This document shows, one piece after another, positions 20,931 through 30,187 of a stretch of DNA of 42,687 bases. The translations under genes and the position numbers were made by a program. Location of the stretch: IMG/VR virus record IMGVR_UViG_3300017424_000002, positions 1-42,687 of that record, one strand, 5' to 3'. The stretch is from a virus. The number at the start of each line of letters is the position of its first letter. Positions within the stretch are counted from its first letter, which is position 1. The notes below the pieces were generated by a model. It did not search any database. It saw only the letters and a list, made by a program, of their open reading frames with translations, and was not told the origin of the DNA.

Positions 20931-21550
20931 GCCTCAAACCTTCCCCACCAGCCTTCACCATCGCCCGGCGTGAAATACCGCGAACGATTCTTCCATCCGT
21001 TCTCGTACCGGGCGTTGGCGGGCCTGTTGGAGATAATCAGGTCATAGAAGTTATTGCGAGTCAGCCACCACGCACCAGCCGCGAACGCCTCGCCCTGCGT
21101 CTCCACGAAACGCTTGTAGGCAGCGGCGGTAGCCGGCCCCATGCGTCCGTTATCGTCGGTGCCGATCAACCGCTGTAGCAGCTTAACGGCCTGCGCCGGA
21201 CCGGTGCCCCACCCCATGTCGAAGATGGACGCGGTGACGCGGTTCCACGGCAGCAAGTCCAGCTTCGGGCGCTTGTAGTAGAGCGCCAACGCGATATCTG
21301 CGGCTTCATCCAGCGTCAGCGCAGCCATGACGGCGCGCGTGATATCGTATGCCTTGACGCCGCGATGCTCCGCCAGTGCCGCCGCTGTGACGCCGTGGTT
21401 GGACCCGACCAGCGCGCCTACGTTCTGCTTGCCGCCGGTCCAGTTGCCATTATCTACGGGGTCCATGGAATGCGTCTTCTTGGGATCGGTCTGGTTGCCG
21501 TTCTCCCAGCGCGTGATGAACTGCTTGGCGAATGCGTGAGGAGTCATCAT
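20927..21550 (-). CDS. Endolysin, GH108-like N-terminal domain plus PG_binding_3-like C-terminal domain
   Basis: 207 aa. FITRWENGNQTDP...GGKQNVG...GSNHGVT is followed by GTDDNGRMGPATAAAY. It is flanked by membrane proteins. Confidence 0.6.
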   Translation of the reverse strand: MMTPHAFAKQFITRWENGNQTDPKKTHSMDPVDNGNWTGGKQNVGALVGSNHGVTAAALAEHRGVKAYDITRAVMAALTLDEAADIALALYYKRPKLDLLPWNRVTASIFDMGWGTGPAQAVKLLQRLIGTDDNGRMGPATAAAYKRFVETQGEAFAAGAWWLTRNNFYDLIISNRPANARYENGWKNRSRYFTPGDGEGWWGRFEA

Positions 21551-21999
21551 TCCGGCTCGCCCCTACCCTGTATGTTGTCCAAAGACCCCATTGCCCTAGT
21601 CATGTGCGCGGATAAAGGCATAGCACGGGCTTCCGAAGTTTGAAACGCGATAAGCTGGCGCATAAAGCCCTCAACTTTCGTCTGCATTTCACGTAACTCG
21701 CCGCGCATTTCCGCAAGCTGCCTATCGCATTCGCGGCGCTCATCAGATAAAGCTTTTTCCAACTCAGTCACGCGGCCAGCTAGTTTTTCGTTTTGCGTGT
21801 CGCCGCGCGCATCCACCTGAACAGCGCGCTCGTTCGCAATCTTGCGCATGGCCAGAAGATGGTTGGCCCATACCTTGATCCCGCCGCCGCCGACGCAGGC
21901 TACAATCACGTTGGTGATAAGACCCATTGTTGCGGCCGGCGTCCAGCCGACGTTGACCATGGGGGCCGTTGCGGCTGTAAGGTTAAGGAAGGACAGCAC
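21547..21999 (-). CDS. Membrane-anchored coiled-coil protein (i-spanin-like or lysis regulator)
   Basis: 150 aa. The start is GTG at 21999, or ATG at 21960. The TM segment MGLITNVIVACVGGGGI is followed by heptad-like KLAGRVTELEKALSDERRECDRQLAEMRGELREMQTKVEGF. Confidence 0.45.
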   Translation of the reverse strand: MLSFLNLTAATAPMVNVGWTPAATMGLITNVIVACVGGGGIKVWANHLLAMRKIANERAVQVDARGDTQNEKLAGRVTELEKALSDERRECDRQLAEMRGELREMQTKVEGFMRQLIAFQTSEARAMPLSAHMTRAMGSLDNIQGRGEPE

Positions 22000-22417
22000 G
22001 GAACAACCTAAACAGGTTATTATCGAAATTCCGTCTATCTTTCAATGCATGACGGACCTCGCGAACTTCCGCCCAATGGACTGTGAAAGGCACCACCAGC
22101 ACCTGTGCCATCGCAGTCCAAAAAATCCCCCACCAAATCAGATCGGGGTCGACATGCGTGGCGGCTGACATGATTGCTAGCGGCAGGTAAAACGCCGCCA
22201 CTATGAGACACGGAAACTCGCGACGGTGCTTTAGCGTCAACAACCCGGCTATTATGTATATGACTACCTGAGATAGTGGCTCAGGCAAGCCGATGACGTA
22301 GGCAATTTGTCCAACCGCCCACGCCACCGCAAGAATCCCGGCACACCTACTGAACATGGACGCAGGCCATGCGATCAAGGCTACTGCCGCCCAATAGATG
22401 TACTCAGGGTGTGTCAC
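21983..22417 (-). CDS. Polytopic membrane protein (about 4 TM; holin-like or pinholin-like candidate)
   Basis: 144 aa. The GTG start is coupled (GTGA) to the upstream micro-ORF, and there are four hydrophobic segments. Confidence 0.5.
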   Translation of the reverse strand: MTHPEYIYWAAVALIAWPASMFSRCAGILAVAWAVGQIAYVIGLPEPLSQVVIYIIAGLLTLKHRREFPCLIVAAFYLPLAIMSAATHVDPDLIWWGIFWTAMAQVLVVPFTVHWAEVREVRHALKDRRNFDNNLFRLFRAVLP

Positions 22418-22497
22418 TTGGGGGGAGGGTCCTGCGTAGGAGGTGTAGGGGTCGGGGTTGGCGTCGGGGTCGGCGGGGGGCCGTGCTGGTCGTCCAT
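22414..22497 (-). CDS. Pro/Thr-rich micro-ORF (27 aa)
   Basis: MDDQHGPPPTPTPTPTPTPPTQDPPPK. A strong SD (GAGGAG) lies 7 nt upstream, and the stop overlaps the next GTG start. Confidence 0.4.
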   Translation of the reverse strand: MDDQHGPPPTPTPTPTPTPPTQDPPPK

Positions 22498-22563
22498 GTC
22501 TTTACTCCTCACATTCCGCTGGTAGCGCCAGCACGCATTCCTGTACCGGAATTGGCGGCAGCA

Positions 22564-24774
22564 TTACAAACGCCGCCCCGAAATCTGAATGTTCTGCACA
22601 TTGGCGCTGCCAATGTTGGCGCCGATCCTTACTTTAAACACCGCATCAAGGTCATTGGTGAACGGAAGCCGGACTGTATACAGTTTCCATGCCGGGTCAG
22701 TGATTGGCACGACAATCGGGCTTTCAATGCCGGCAAGCTGGGTCACCGCCTGCACATAGCTGTTGCCGCCGACGTTTCGCGCCCAGAATTGCAACGTGAT
22801 GATGCAATCACGCAGCATTCCAATCCTGGTTGCTGTGAACTCCAGATATTCACCGGCCACGGTTTGAATTGATGGCCCGCCGTCATGCGTAACGGAGGTG
22901 TTGCGAACCGCGCGCACTCCGCTGGTGCCCCCTGATGTCCAGTATGTCGTAGAGGGAGGATCGAAAATCCCCGAACCAGCGGGGGCGCGTTCCACCCAAG
23001 CCGTTTCAATATCGATCTGCGCCGGGTACGCCACAGGCGCTCCATCGACATCAATTGAGTTCATGCGCATCCCGGTGGTTTGATTAGGCAGGAAATAGCG
23101 TCCATCCGGGAATGCGCCGACAAAAGCGTTATCATGGAACGTCAACGAAGCACTGCCATCCAGTCTTGGCGTCGCGAACTTGTTGCTGAAGAATGCATAA
23201 CGCATCGTCCCGCTGTCGTTGATGATGAGATTTCCGCTATATACGGCGTTCTCACCACCCGCAAAGATGCCGCCAGCGAACACGGAAGGAACTCGGTAGT
23301 CATCAGGGCTGCTAAAGCCGTCGTCCATCTGCGAGCAGTCGGCGACAATATTGTCCGATACCATCATGTAATTCACGTCGCCATAGACGGCGATGCCAGT
23401 GTAGCCGCAGTTACGTACGTTGTTGTTGGCAACGACGCCGTATGGCCCCAGCGCGATAATGCCGGTATCTGCGGTGCCATCCACCATGTTGCCGGTCACG
23501 ACATAGTATTTAGTGCCGCCGTTGATCTGGATATTCTCAGCGCCGCGGTAACCAATCAGCTTGATCTGCTCGCCAGCAGTTCGACCGACGGTAAACGTGA
23601 TAGTGTAGTTGTTAGTGTTCGCTGCCTTGGCGACGGTATAAACCACGGTGCCGTCAGGCCGCACAGGAGACACCGGCTTGCCGTTGACCTGAATACGTAC
23701 CTTCGGCTCGTTCTTGGTGATGTCGAACAACACCGTTGCGCCCAGCGTGAAGGTGAACACCGTCTGTCCACCGGTTGCAGTTTTCAGGTCTGAATACTGC
23801 GTGCTTTTAAACTGGTTGTTAGCGACAGTCACGCTTTCGGACAAGTTTGCACCCTGATTGCGGACGTGGACGCCCCAGCCTTGCAGGATATTATCAAACT
23901 CGTTGTTGGCGATCAGCACACGCTTGCAGGCCTCGCAGGCGATGGCAGCAGTAATTTCTGTGGTTGCCGTCAGCCCTTCGACACGGTTACCGGTTGCACG
24001 AACGTTCGATGCTCCGGTCGAGAAGAAATAGTGCCCGATGTCGCCAATGCACAGATTGTCGTTAAAGTCATTGAACTGCCCGGTATTCAACACCACGAAC
24101 CCGGAACCGGCGCTGTTCCCCTTCAGCGTCCACCCGCGCACTTCGCAACGACTATTGGACATTCGGATAGCACCGATGATGCCGGGCGCCGACGAAATGG
24201 TGCCGCCATTGCCGATCAGCGATCGGCCCGCCGGCATCGTAACCGGGTCGCTGATGTAATATACGTCGCCCGGCGAGCCTTGGACGCATTCGGCAGCGGC
24301 CAAGGCGTTGATAAATGCAATCGCATCATTGGTGACGCCATCGCCTTTTGCGCCGTAGTCACGCAGCGTGACCACATCCTTAAGCTTTGCGGCGCCGGTG
24401 CGCTCTACGGCGCCAGAGCCGGCCTGCGTGAACGTATCAGCCAACCCGTTGCCAGGCGACCCTTCCGGCCCAGGTTCCCCCTGCGGCCCCTGCCCCGAGT
24501 TCATCGCGACGTTCGACACCCGCATGATGAAGCTGGTGGCGTTCTGCGCATAGATATCGAGGTGATAGGTGCCCGGCACCACGTAGAAACTGACGTTGCC
24601 GTTCTCGTCCGTCTTGGCCGCGTTCTCCACGCCAGAGGTGGTGACGATCGGCGTGCCGTTGTTGTCTGCCGCAAGCGTTACCGTGTTCTGCGTCGCGGGA
24701 TCGACCACGCGCGCAAAATATCCCGGCAGGCTATCGCCGCTCTTGTTGGTGATGGCCTCGAAATAATGGTGCAT
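22564..24774 (-). CDS. Tailspike with pectate-lyase-fold (right-handed beta-helix) depolymerase domain
   Basis: 736 aa from the internal ATG (MHHYFEAITNK...). A short collagen-like segment is GQGPQGEPGPEGSPG. The hallmark VTLRDYGAKGDGVTNDAIAFINAL matches Pectate_lyase_3-type tailspikes. Confidence 0.8.
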   Translation of the reverse strand: MHHYFEAITNKSGDSLPGYFARVVDPATQNTVTLAADNNGTPIVTTSGVENAAKTDENGNVSFYVVPGTYHLDIYAQNATSFIMRVSNVAMNSGQGPQGEPGPEGSPGNGLADTFTQAGSGAVERTGAAKLKDVVTLRDYGAKGDGVTNDAIAFINALAAAECVQGSPGDVYYISDPVTMPAGRSLIGNGGTISSAPGIIGAIRMSNSRCEVRGWTLKGNSAGSGFVVLNTGQFNDFNDNLCIGDIGHYFFSTGASNVRATGNRVEGLTATTEITAAIACEACKRVLIANNEFDNILQGWGVHVRNQGANLSESVTVANNQFKSTQYSDLKTATGGQTVFTFTLGATVLFDITKNEPKVRIQVNGKPVSPVRPDGTVVYTVAKAANTNNYTITFTVGRTAGEQIKLIGYRGAENIQINGGTKYYVVTGNMVDGTADTGIIALGPYGVVANNNVRNCGYTGIAVYGDVNYMMVSDNIVADCSQMDDGFSSPDDYRVPSVFAGGIFAGGENAVYSGNLIINDSGTMRYAFFSNKFATPRLDGSASLTFHDNAFVGAFPDGRYFLPNQTTGMRMNSIDVDGAPVAYPAQIDIETAWVERAPAGSGIFDPPSTTYWTSGGTSGVRAVRNTSVTHDGGPSIQTVAGEYLEFTATRIGMLRDCIITLQFWARNVGGNSYVQAVTQLAGIESPIVVPITDPAWKLYTVRLPFTNDLDAVFKVRIGANIGSANVQNIQISGRRL

Positions 24775-24778
24775 CGAC

Positions 24779-25234
24779 CTATTGCTCCGGGAAATTGCCG
24801 CTTTGGTTGTAGAGAGAATACTGCGTTTGTCCACTGGCGGTGCTGCCGAACGCATCCGTGCAGACTACTGTAGCGGTGCCGTTCAGTTCACCGCCGGCAG
24901 GGATTGTGGCCCTGAATTGGGTACTGGCCATGTTGGGCGCGGTCACGAACGCGCCGCCGTTTATCGTCCAGACGTAACTATACGGACCAGTACCGCCAAG
25001 GGGAGTGGCAGTGGCGGGGCTACTGGTGACGGTGGCGGGGCGAGCCGTTTGCGAACGCGCGCCGCCTTCCACGAAGGGCGTCACGTCCAACGCCAACGGC
25101 GGCACGAACGACAGGCAAGGACGCCATGCGCCACCCCGGTACACTTCGGCGCGACTGATACGACGCCATGCGCCGCCCAGCAGCACTTCGCCGCGTGCCG
25201 GGGTTCGCCACCCGCCTGAGATGAAAGCGTCCAT
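24779..25234 (-). CDS. Tail-associated hypothetical protein
   Basis: 151 aa. GGWR/GAWR repeats are followed by an Ig-like segment (GTGPYSYVWTINGG). It sits between the tail-fibre-like N-terminal protein and the tailspike. Confidence 0.5.
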   Translation of the reverse strand: MDAFISGGWRTPARGEVLLGGAWRRISRAEVYRGGAWRPCLSFVPPLALDVTPFVEGGARSQTARPATVTSSPATATPLGGTGPYSYVWTINGGAFVTAPNMASTQFRATIPAGGELNGTATVVCTDAFGSTASGQTQYSLYNQSGNFPEQ

Positions 25235-25566
25235 CAGGAATAATAGAATACAACGGCGCCTTCGGCCGCTGCTGGCCTTGGCGAGCCTTCAGGCAGAAAA
25301 TACACCTGACCGTTGGTCTGCGCTGACCCGGCATGATGAAGGAAAGCGCCGCGTCCCTGCCGCAGGATATCGCCGGTGAAGGTGCCGCCGGTCGTGGGCA
25401 CATAGGCGCCGGTTGCGGGAATGCGGTCGAAAGTATCGCGCATCACCGCCGCGATATACCGGATCGCATCGTTGATACCGCCGGGCGAACAGTCCTCACC
25501 GACGTTGATGCCGCCAATGGTCACGTTGACAGCAGGCGTGGTAGAGAATTCCGTTGCGCTAGGCAT
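25234..25566 (-). CDS. Tail fibre/adaptor-like protein
   Basis: 110 aa. The segment GGINDAIRYIAAVMRDTF...TTGGTFTGDI resembles the N-terminal anchoring regions of phage tail fibres. Confidence 0.45.
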   Translation of the reverse strand: MPSATEFSTTPAVNVTIGGINVGEDCSPGGINDAIRYIAAVMRDTFDRIPATGAYVPTTGGTFTGDILRQGRGAFLHHAGSAQTNGQVYFLPEGSPRPAAAEGAVVFYYS

Positions 25567-25657
25567 TGTCGCGACCTTCTGCTATATTACGGCCATGTGG
25601 GGCATCATACTTGGTATTGCGCTAAAAGGCATCATCTTTGAGACGTTTCATCAGGTG

Positions 25658-28192
25658 TCATTGCGCAAGCAACGGCACGGTGCCGGCAAGCAGCGGCGCA
25701 CCGAACAGCCCCCCGATACGCGCCCGGTTCTGTATCCCACGGCCCGCTTTGACCAGCACATCCGGACGATCGAGCAGCGCAGCCGTTAGCGCCCGCTGGC
25801 CTGCGCGGGAGCCGCCAAGGGCAAGCAACCCCGCCGCGCCCAATCCGACGCCCGCGCCCGCGCCGGTATCACCAGCGGCATATCCAGCGCCGCCTCCAAG
25901 GCCCGCCAGCCCCAGCCCGCCCGCGACCACAGCGCGCCCCGCCGTGCCGCTGTCCGGCACGCTGTTGGGCAATACCGCCTGTCCGGCGCGGGTCAGGTCA
26001 AAGAACGGCTGGCGGGTCGTGCCTTGGCTGTTGCCGAACTTCTTGGCGTTGGCAGCGGCTGCTGTAGATAGCTGCGCTGGCGTAAACACGCCGGTTTCGC
26101 CTGCCCCCGTGCCATTGCGGGCGCGGTTAACAGCGTCTCGTAGCACCTGCACCTTGCGATAACTGCTATCCGCACGGCCAAGCGCTGGTAGCACATCAGG
26201 TGCCTGACGGCCGACTAAGCCGCGCATAGCGTCTTCGGCGCCCGCCACCGAACGGCCCACCAGATCGCCCATGGCGTCACTGCCAAAATCAGCGCCACGC
26301 GTCTGTTGAATGAAGTCTTGAATCGTCGCGCCATTAAACGATGATTGGTCGACCAGCGGGGCCATGTTGGCCCGCTCATATGCCGAAAATTCGGGACCAA
26401 CGCGGGGAACAGCCGAGCCAGTTGCCACCGCCGCATCGTATGCGGGGCGGAATTGCGGGTCTGGCGTCACGTTTACGTCGTCCAGCGCCCTGCCATATCC
26501 ACGCTTGGTCGCATCCTGCGCAAGGTCAATGCCTTGCTCCCGGATAACGCCGCCCGTGCTTTCGCCAATGTCCGCCAAGCTCTCATCGAACGCCGCGCGA
26601 TTGAAACCCTGAAAACCTTCCAGATGGCGCGCGTTCACGATATCGCCCACGACAGGCAGGCCGGACAGCCGGTCCTCCACACCTTTTAGTACACCACCTG
26701 CCGCCTGACCCGCCGTCAGCGGCACGCCGGCCGCACGCAGCCCCTGCGCTTCGGCATTCTGGACGCCCCCCAGCAGGCTACCAGCGCCACGCGCCGCAGC
26801 CCGCCCGCCAATGCCGCCGAGCAGCCCGCCAGCGCCGCCAGCCGCTGCCCCGAGCAGCCGCGAACCATCATCCGCCGAACCAGCGCCATAAGCCGCGCCG
26901 TACAGCGCATCACCGCCAAGCGCCGCGGCACCAGCGCCAAGCCCGGCACGTGCCAGCCCGAGTTCCGCGCCACCAGCCGCCAGGGCGCCACCCGTCACAG
27001 TGCCAAGCAGCGACGCGCCGGGGTTGTTCTGACGCGCATAGTCGATCGCCAATCCCGCTTGCCCCCCCGCAAGCGAGTCGAGATTGCCAGCCGTCAACGC
27101 ATCCGCTGCGCCGATCGCATAGGAGCCGAACCCGCTATCCGCCGCGGCCCCCAAAGCACGCCCTACCGTACCGCGCGTATCATCCGCTGCCGGCGGTGCG
27201 AAGCTGATCGGACCGCGCTTCTGGATCGCAGCAATGGCGCCGGGATCGGTCAGCGGCTGGAAACCATTGTCCTGCAATAGCTGGTTGATCTCACGGACGC
27301 CGCCACCGCGGTTGTAAACCGCCTTCATCTTCTGCGCCATGGCGACGCCCGCCGCACTGGCGAAAGAACCGCCCCCACCGCCGCCAGAAATACCGCCACC
27401 AACGCTCGCTACGTCATACCCCGGCGGACGCCCGCCCGGCTGCTGGGGGTTGCTGTTGCCGCCGCCGCCGGATGCTACTTGCTGATCGTCGCGGGATGCG
27501 CCGTCAATGCTGGCGGTCCAGTTGACGGCGGGCTGGCCTAGTGCCTTTAGCGCTTCATCGACACGGGCGCGGACGCCGCGAAGCTGTTCGTCTACCGCCG
27601 CATCACGGGTGGATGCGGTTGGCAGATTGGCCCTTTCGAACATCACCGCATCACGGTTCGATACTTCACCGGTGCCCGGCGTACGGAAGGCGGCAAGCCC
27701 TTGTTCAGCAAGCGCGCCGCCCGCCACGTCGAACCGCGCGTTGGCGTCCGTGGGAAGGTAGTCCTGCAACCCAGCGATGCCCTTTGTGGTGCCGATGCTG
27801 GTGTTGTAGAGCGCCTGCGTGCGGTTGATCTGCCGCGCAAGCTGCCGTAGCTTGGTCGATCGATCGGTAATATTCTGCTTGGCTTCCACCGGCGCAGTCA
27901 GATCACGCCTCGCCTTGGCATTGGCAAGTTGCTGCGCCTCCAGTTCGGCAGCGGTTGCTTGCGGTGCCACGGCCAGCCTGTAGGCATCCATGGCCATCTG
28001 CTGCCGCGTACGCTGCACCCCGACTTGCGCGCCCGACAGGTCCACAGACTGCCGCGCCGCCTGCACCGGGTTCGGCGCGACGTAATCCGATCCACCCCCA
28101 ACGCCCGCGGCCGATGCCAGCGACACCGGATTGCCCGCTTCGTCAATGTTCCAGATATTCCCGGCCTCGTCGCGTGCCTGCTGCTGTGCCAT
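25658..28192 (-). CDS. Large Gly/Ala-rich internal virion (ejection) protein
   Basis: 844 aa from the ATG in TTGATG. It has a coiled-coil N-terminal third and long low-complexity G/A stretches. Its size and position are analogous to podovirus internal core proteins. Confidence 0.55.
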   Translation of the reverse strand: MAQQQARDEAGNIWNIDEAGNPVSLASAAGVGGGSDYVAPNPVQAARQSVDLSGAQVGVQRTRQQMAMDAYRLAVAPQATAAELEAQQLANAKARRDLTAPVEAKQNITDRSTKLRQLARQINRTQALYNTSIGTTKGIAGLQDYLPTDANARFDVAGGALAEQGLAAFRTPGTGEVSNRDAVMFERANLPTASTRDAAVDEQLRGVRARVDEALKALGQPAVNWTASIDGASRDDQQVASGGGGNSNPQQPGGRPPGYDVASVGGGISGGGGGGSFASAAGVAMAQKMKAVYNRGGGVREINQLLQDNGFQPLTDPGAIAAIQKRGPISFAPPAADDTRGTVGRALGAAADSGFGSYAIGAADALTAGNLDSLAGGQAGLAIDYARQNNPGASLLGTVTGGALAAGGAELGLARAGLGAGAAALGGDALYGAAYGAGSADDGSRLLGAAAGGAGGLLGGIGGRAAARGAGSLLGGVQNAEAQGLRAAGVPLTAGQAAGGVLKGVEDRLSGLPVVGDIVNARHLEGFQGFNRAAFDESLADIGESTGGVIREQGIDLAQDATKRGYGRALDDVNVTPDPQFRPAYDAAVATGSAVPRVGPEFSAYERANMAPLVDQSSFNGATIQDFIQQTRGADFGSDAMGDLVGRSVAGAEDAMRGLVGRQAPDVLPALGRADSSYRKVQVLRDAVNRARNGTGAGETGVFTPAQLSTAAAANAKKFGNSQGTTRQPFFDLTRAGQAVLPNSVPDSGTAGRAVVAGGLGLAGLGGGAGYAAGDTGAGAGVGLGAAGLLALGGSRAGQRALTAALLDRPDVLVKAGRGIQNRARIGGLFGAPLLAGTVPLLAQ

Positions 28193-28485
28193 CAACGCTT
28201 CATCCCTGTAGTGCCGCGCTTGCCGAAAAATGGAATCTTGCCGTAACCAGGCAACGTCGTGTGGATATGATCGCCCTCATCCAGAAAACGCGCACCCGGC
28301 CCAAAATACTTGCGCAGCGCCTCTACCGTCGTGCCGGCATAGTCAACGCCGTCGCCGGTCAGGTGATGGCTGTTACGCGCGCCACCTACCAGCCGGTTGC
28401 CTTCCGGTGTGCGCCTGCCGCTGGTCATGACGCCTGGAGCGCGCAAAGGGTCAGCGAAAGGGACGCGCCCCTTGCGGGGTGGCAC
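28192..28485 (-). CDS. Peptidase M15 (LAS zinc D,D-/L,D-peptidase)-like cell-wall hydrolase
   Basis: 97 aa, or 78 aa if started at the ATG at 28428. [28 protein letters not shown]...DEGDHIHT matches the SxHxxGxAxD and DH-H zinc-ligand pattern. Confidence 0.6.
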   Translation of the reverse strand: MPPRKGRVPFADPLRAPGVMTSGRRTPEGNRLVGGARNSHHLTGDGVDYAGTTVEALRKYFGPGARFLDEGDHIHTTLPGYGKIPFFGKRGTTGMKR

Positions 28486-29017
28486 CTCCAGCGCCTAGCG
28501 GGGTCAGCTTGCCGATGGGGGCGGTGGGCGGCATCATGGTTGCATTAGGTCGCACATATTGGCCACCGCCAGCGCCGTCCGGGATGAATTGTGCGGGGTT
28601 AGCCAGTGATTGCGCTCGCTGGCTGTATAGCATTCGACCTTGCGGCGATGCAGGATCAATTCCCGCACCAATTAGCGTACGGGCGAAAACATCGTCCTTA
28701 GCCGCATCTGGATGCGCCGCCGCATATTGCTGCTTGCGCTCCCAATCGGTGTAATCATCGGCGCGACGCTGGTTATACAATGCCTGCTGTTGGCCTAGTT
28801 CCTGTTGCCGTTGCAGGCCCGGCAGAAACGTGCCCTTGCCACCGCTCCAATTCTGGAGCGCATCGCCAACCGCACCGGCAACGAATTGTGCCGTAGACGG
28901 CTTCTTGTATGTCGGCATGGTGGCTTCGCGCTGGATCGGCGCGGCATTGGGGGATGCTCCCATGTCCGCACTCATCGGTGCGCCGAACAGCCCCCGACCC
29001 TTGGAGAAGATCGCCAT
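28451..29017 (-). CDS. Internal virion protein candidate
   Basis: 188 aa, Gln/Gly/Pro-rich, located within the ejection-protein block. Confidence 0.45.
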   Translation of the reverse strand: MAIFSKGRGLFGAPMSADMGASPNAAPIQREATMPTYKKPSTAQFVAGAVGDALQNWSGGKGTFLPGLQRQQELGQQQALYNQRRADDYTDWERKQQYAAAHPDAAKDDVFARTLIGAGIDPASPQGRMLYSQRAQSLANPAQFIPDGAGGGQYVRPNATMMPPTAPIGKLTPLGAGGATPQGARPFR

Positions 29018-29682
29018 TACCTGAAGCCTCCCGCTGCCCAGCCGCTAAGCGCACCGCCGCCAAGCTGGCCGGTTAGCGAACCCAACCCCATGCTCTGCGT
29101 CTGTGTACCGTTGGTGTACTGGCCGAGCAGCCCGCCGATCGACGAACCCGCGCCCGCCGCTGCCTGAATAGGCGCCTGCTGCGCCTGCAAGATGCTTTGG
29201 ATAACGGACAGCGGCTGATACTGGCCGGCCGCGATGCCGCCCGCTGCACTTGCCGCTGCATCCATACGGTTCCGCTCGTTGCTGTAATCGGTGTAACGAA
29301 GGTTGTTCTCGTTCTTGGCGAGATTGCTGGAGATAATATCAGCAAATGCCGAGCCGCCGGTTAGGCCGCGAGTGCCAAGCGATGCTGCCAACCCGTTGCG
29401 CACCCCCGAACCCGTCGCGTCGATCTGCGCTTGAAGGTAGGGGTTGCCCGCGTCCAGGTACTTACCGGATGTGACATCCTGATTATACGCCATTGCCGAT
29501 TTAACGCCGGGGTTACCGCTGTTGTATTGTGCCAGCAAATCGGGAACCGCGCTGCCAAGCGCGTTCGCCGTGCTGGTGATACCGGGCTGCGCTGCGTTAA
29601 ATGCGCTGGTAACGTTGTTGGCCGCGCCTTCGACCGCCGCACTGTAGACGGGCTTCGTGGAGGATTTTGACTTGTTCTTCAT
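29017..29682 (-). CDS. Internal virion protein candidate
   Basis: 221 aa, Ala/Gly/Ser/Gln-rich, with a glycine-rich C-terminus. Confidence 0.45.
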   Translation of the reverse strand: MKNKSKSSTKPVYSAAVEGAANNVTSAFNAAQPGITSTANALGSAVPDLLAQYNSGNPGVKSAMAYNQDVTSGKYLDAGNPYLQAQIDATGSGVRNGLAASLGTRGLTGGSAFADIISSNLAKNENNLRYTDYSNERNRMDAAASAAGGIAAGQYQPLSVIQSILQAQQAPIQAAAGAGSSIGGLLGQYTNGTQTQSMGLGSLTGQLGGGALSGWAAGGFR

Positions 29683-30035
29683 GCGTCACGCTCCAAGACC
29701 GCCAAACCGTCTTCCATACCGCAAAAATTCCAGTGAGGGTACACCCGACGCCACCCTTTACGTCCCCATATCCTATACTTAACAACGCCAACATGAAAGG
29801 GCGATGTAGTCACCACCCGTTCCAATTCGCGCATGTCCGGGAAGGTCATTTTCCCGCCAGCGAGGCGGATGTCGCATACGTCTTCTTCGTCAACTTCGCT
29901 GGTAATGGTAACGCCGCCTACGTGCCAAAGCATCGCCCTGCCTGCCGCTAGGTCGGCATCCAGCGTATCAAGGGAATACCCGGCGGCGCGTGCCGCAGGC
30001 TCCAACCGCTCTCTATCGCGGGCGGTTAACCTCAT
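29679..30035 (-). CDS. Hypothetical protein
   Basis: 118 aa from the ATG (MRLTARDRERL...), which overlaps the stop of the upstream 51-aa ORF (ATGA). Confidence 0.5.
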   Translation of the reverse strand: MRLTARDRERLEPAARAAGYSLDTLDADLAAGRAMLWHVGGVTITSEVDEEDVCDIRLAGGKMTFPDMRELERVVTTSPFHVGVVKYRIWGRKGWRRVYPHWNFCGMEDGLAVLERDA

Positions 30036-30187
30036 GGCACGTCCTGCCATGTCGCGCCGTCCCAATATTGGAGGCGCCCGCCTTCAAACCGCACCTCGCC
30101 GCGCCGTGTCTTCTGCAACTCATTGATGCCGTTCGCCACCAGACGGGGCCAGTCCTGCCGCTGGCTATCGACGGGGATGAGCCTCAC
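30032..30187 (-). CDS. Small hypothetical protein
   Basis: 51 aa, below the track cutoff. The GTG start overlaps the upstream TGA. Product: VRLIPVDSQRQDWPRLVANGINELQKTRRGEVRFEGGRLQYWDGATWQDVP. Confidence 0.4.
   Translation of the reverse strand: MRLIPVDSQRQDWPRLVANGINELQKTRRGEVRFEGGRLQYWDGATWQDVP

Noticed and set aside
22307-22525. Plus-strand ORF containing a GVGVGVGVGVG repeat.
   Set aside because: It is the antisense reading of the PTPTPTPTP micro-ORF region. It has no SD and overlaps two minus-strand genes.
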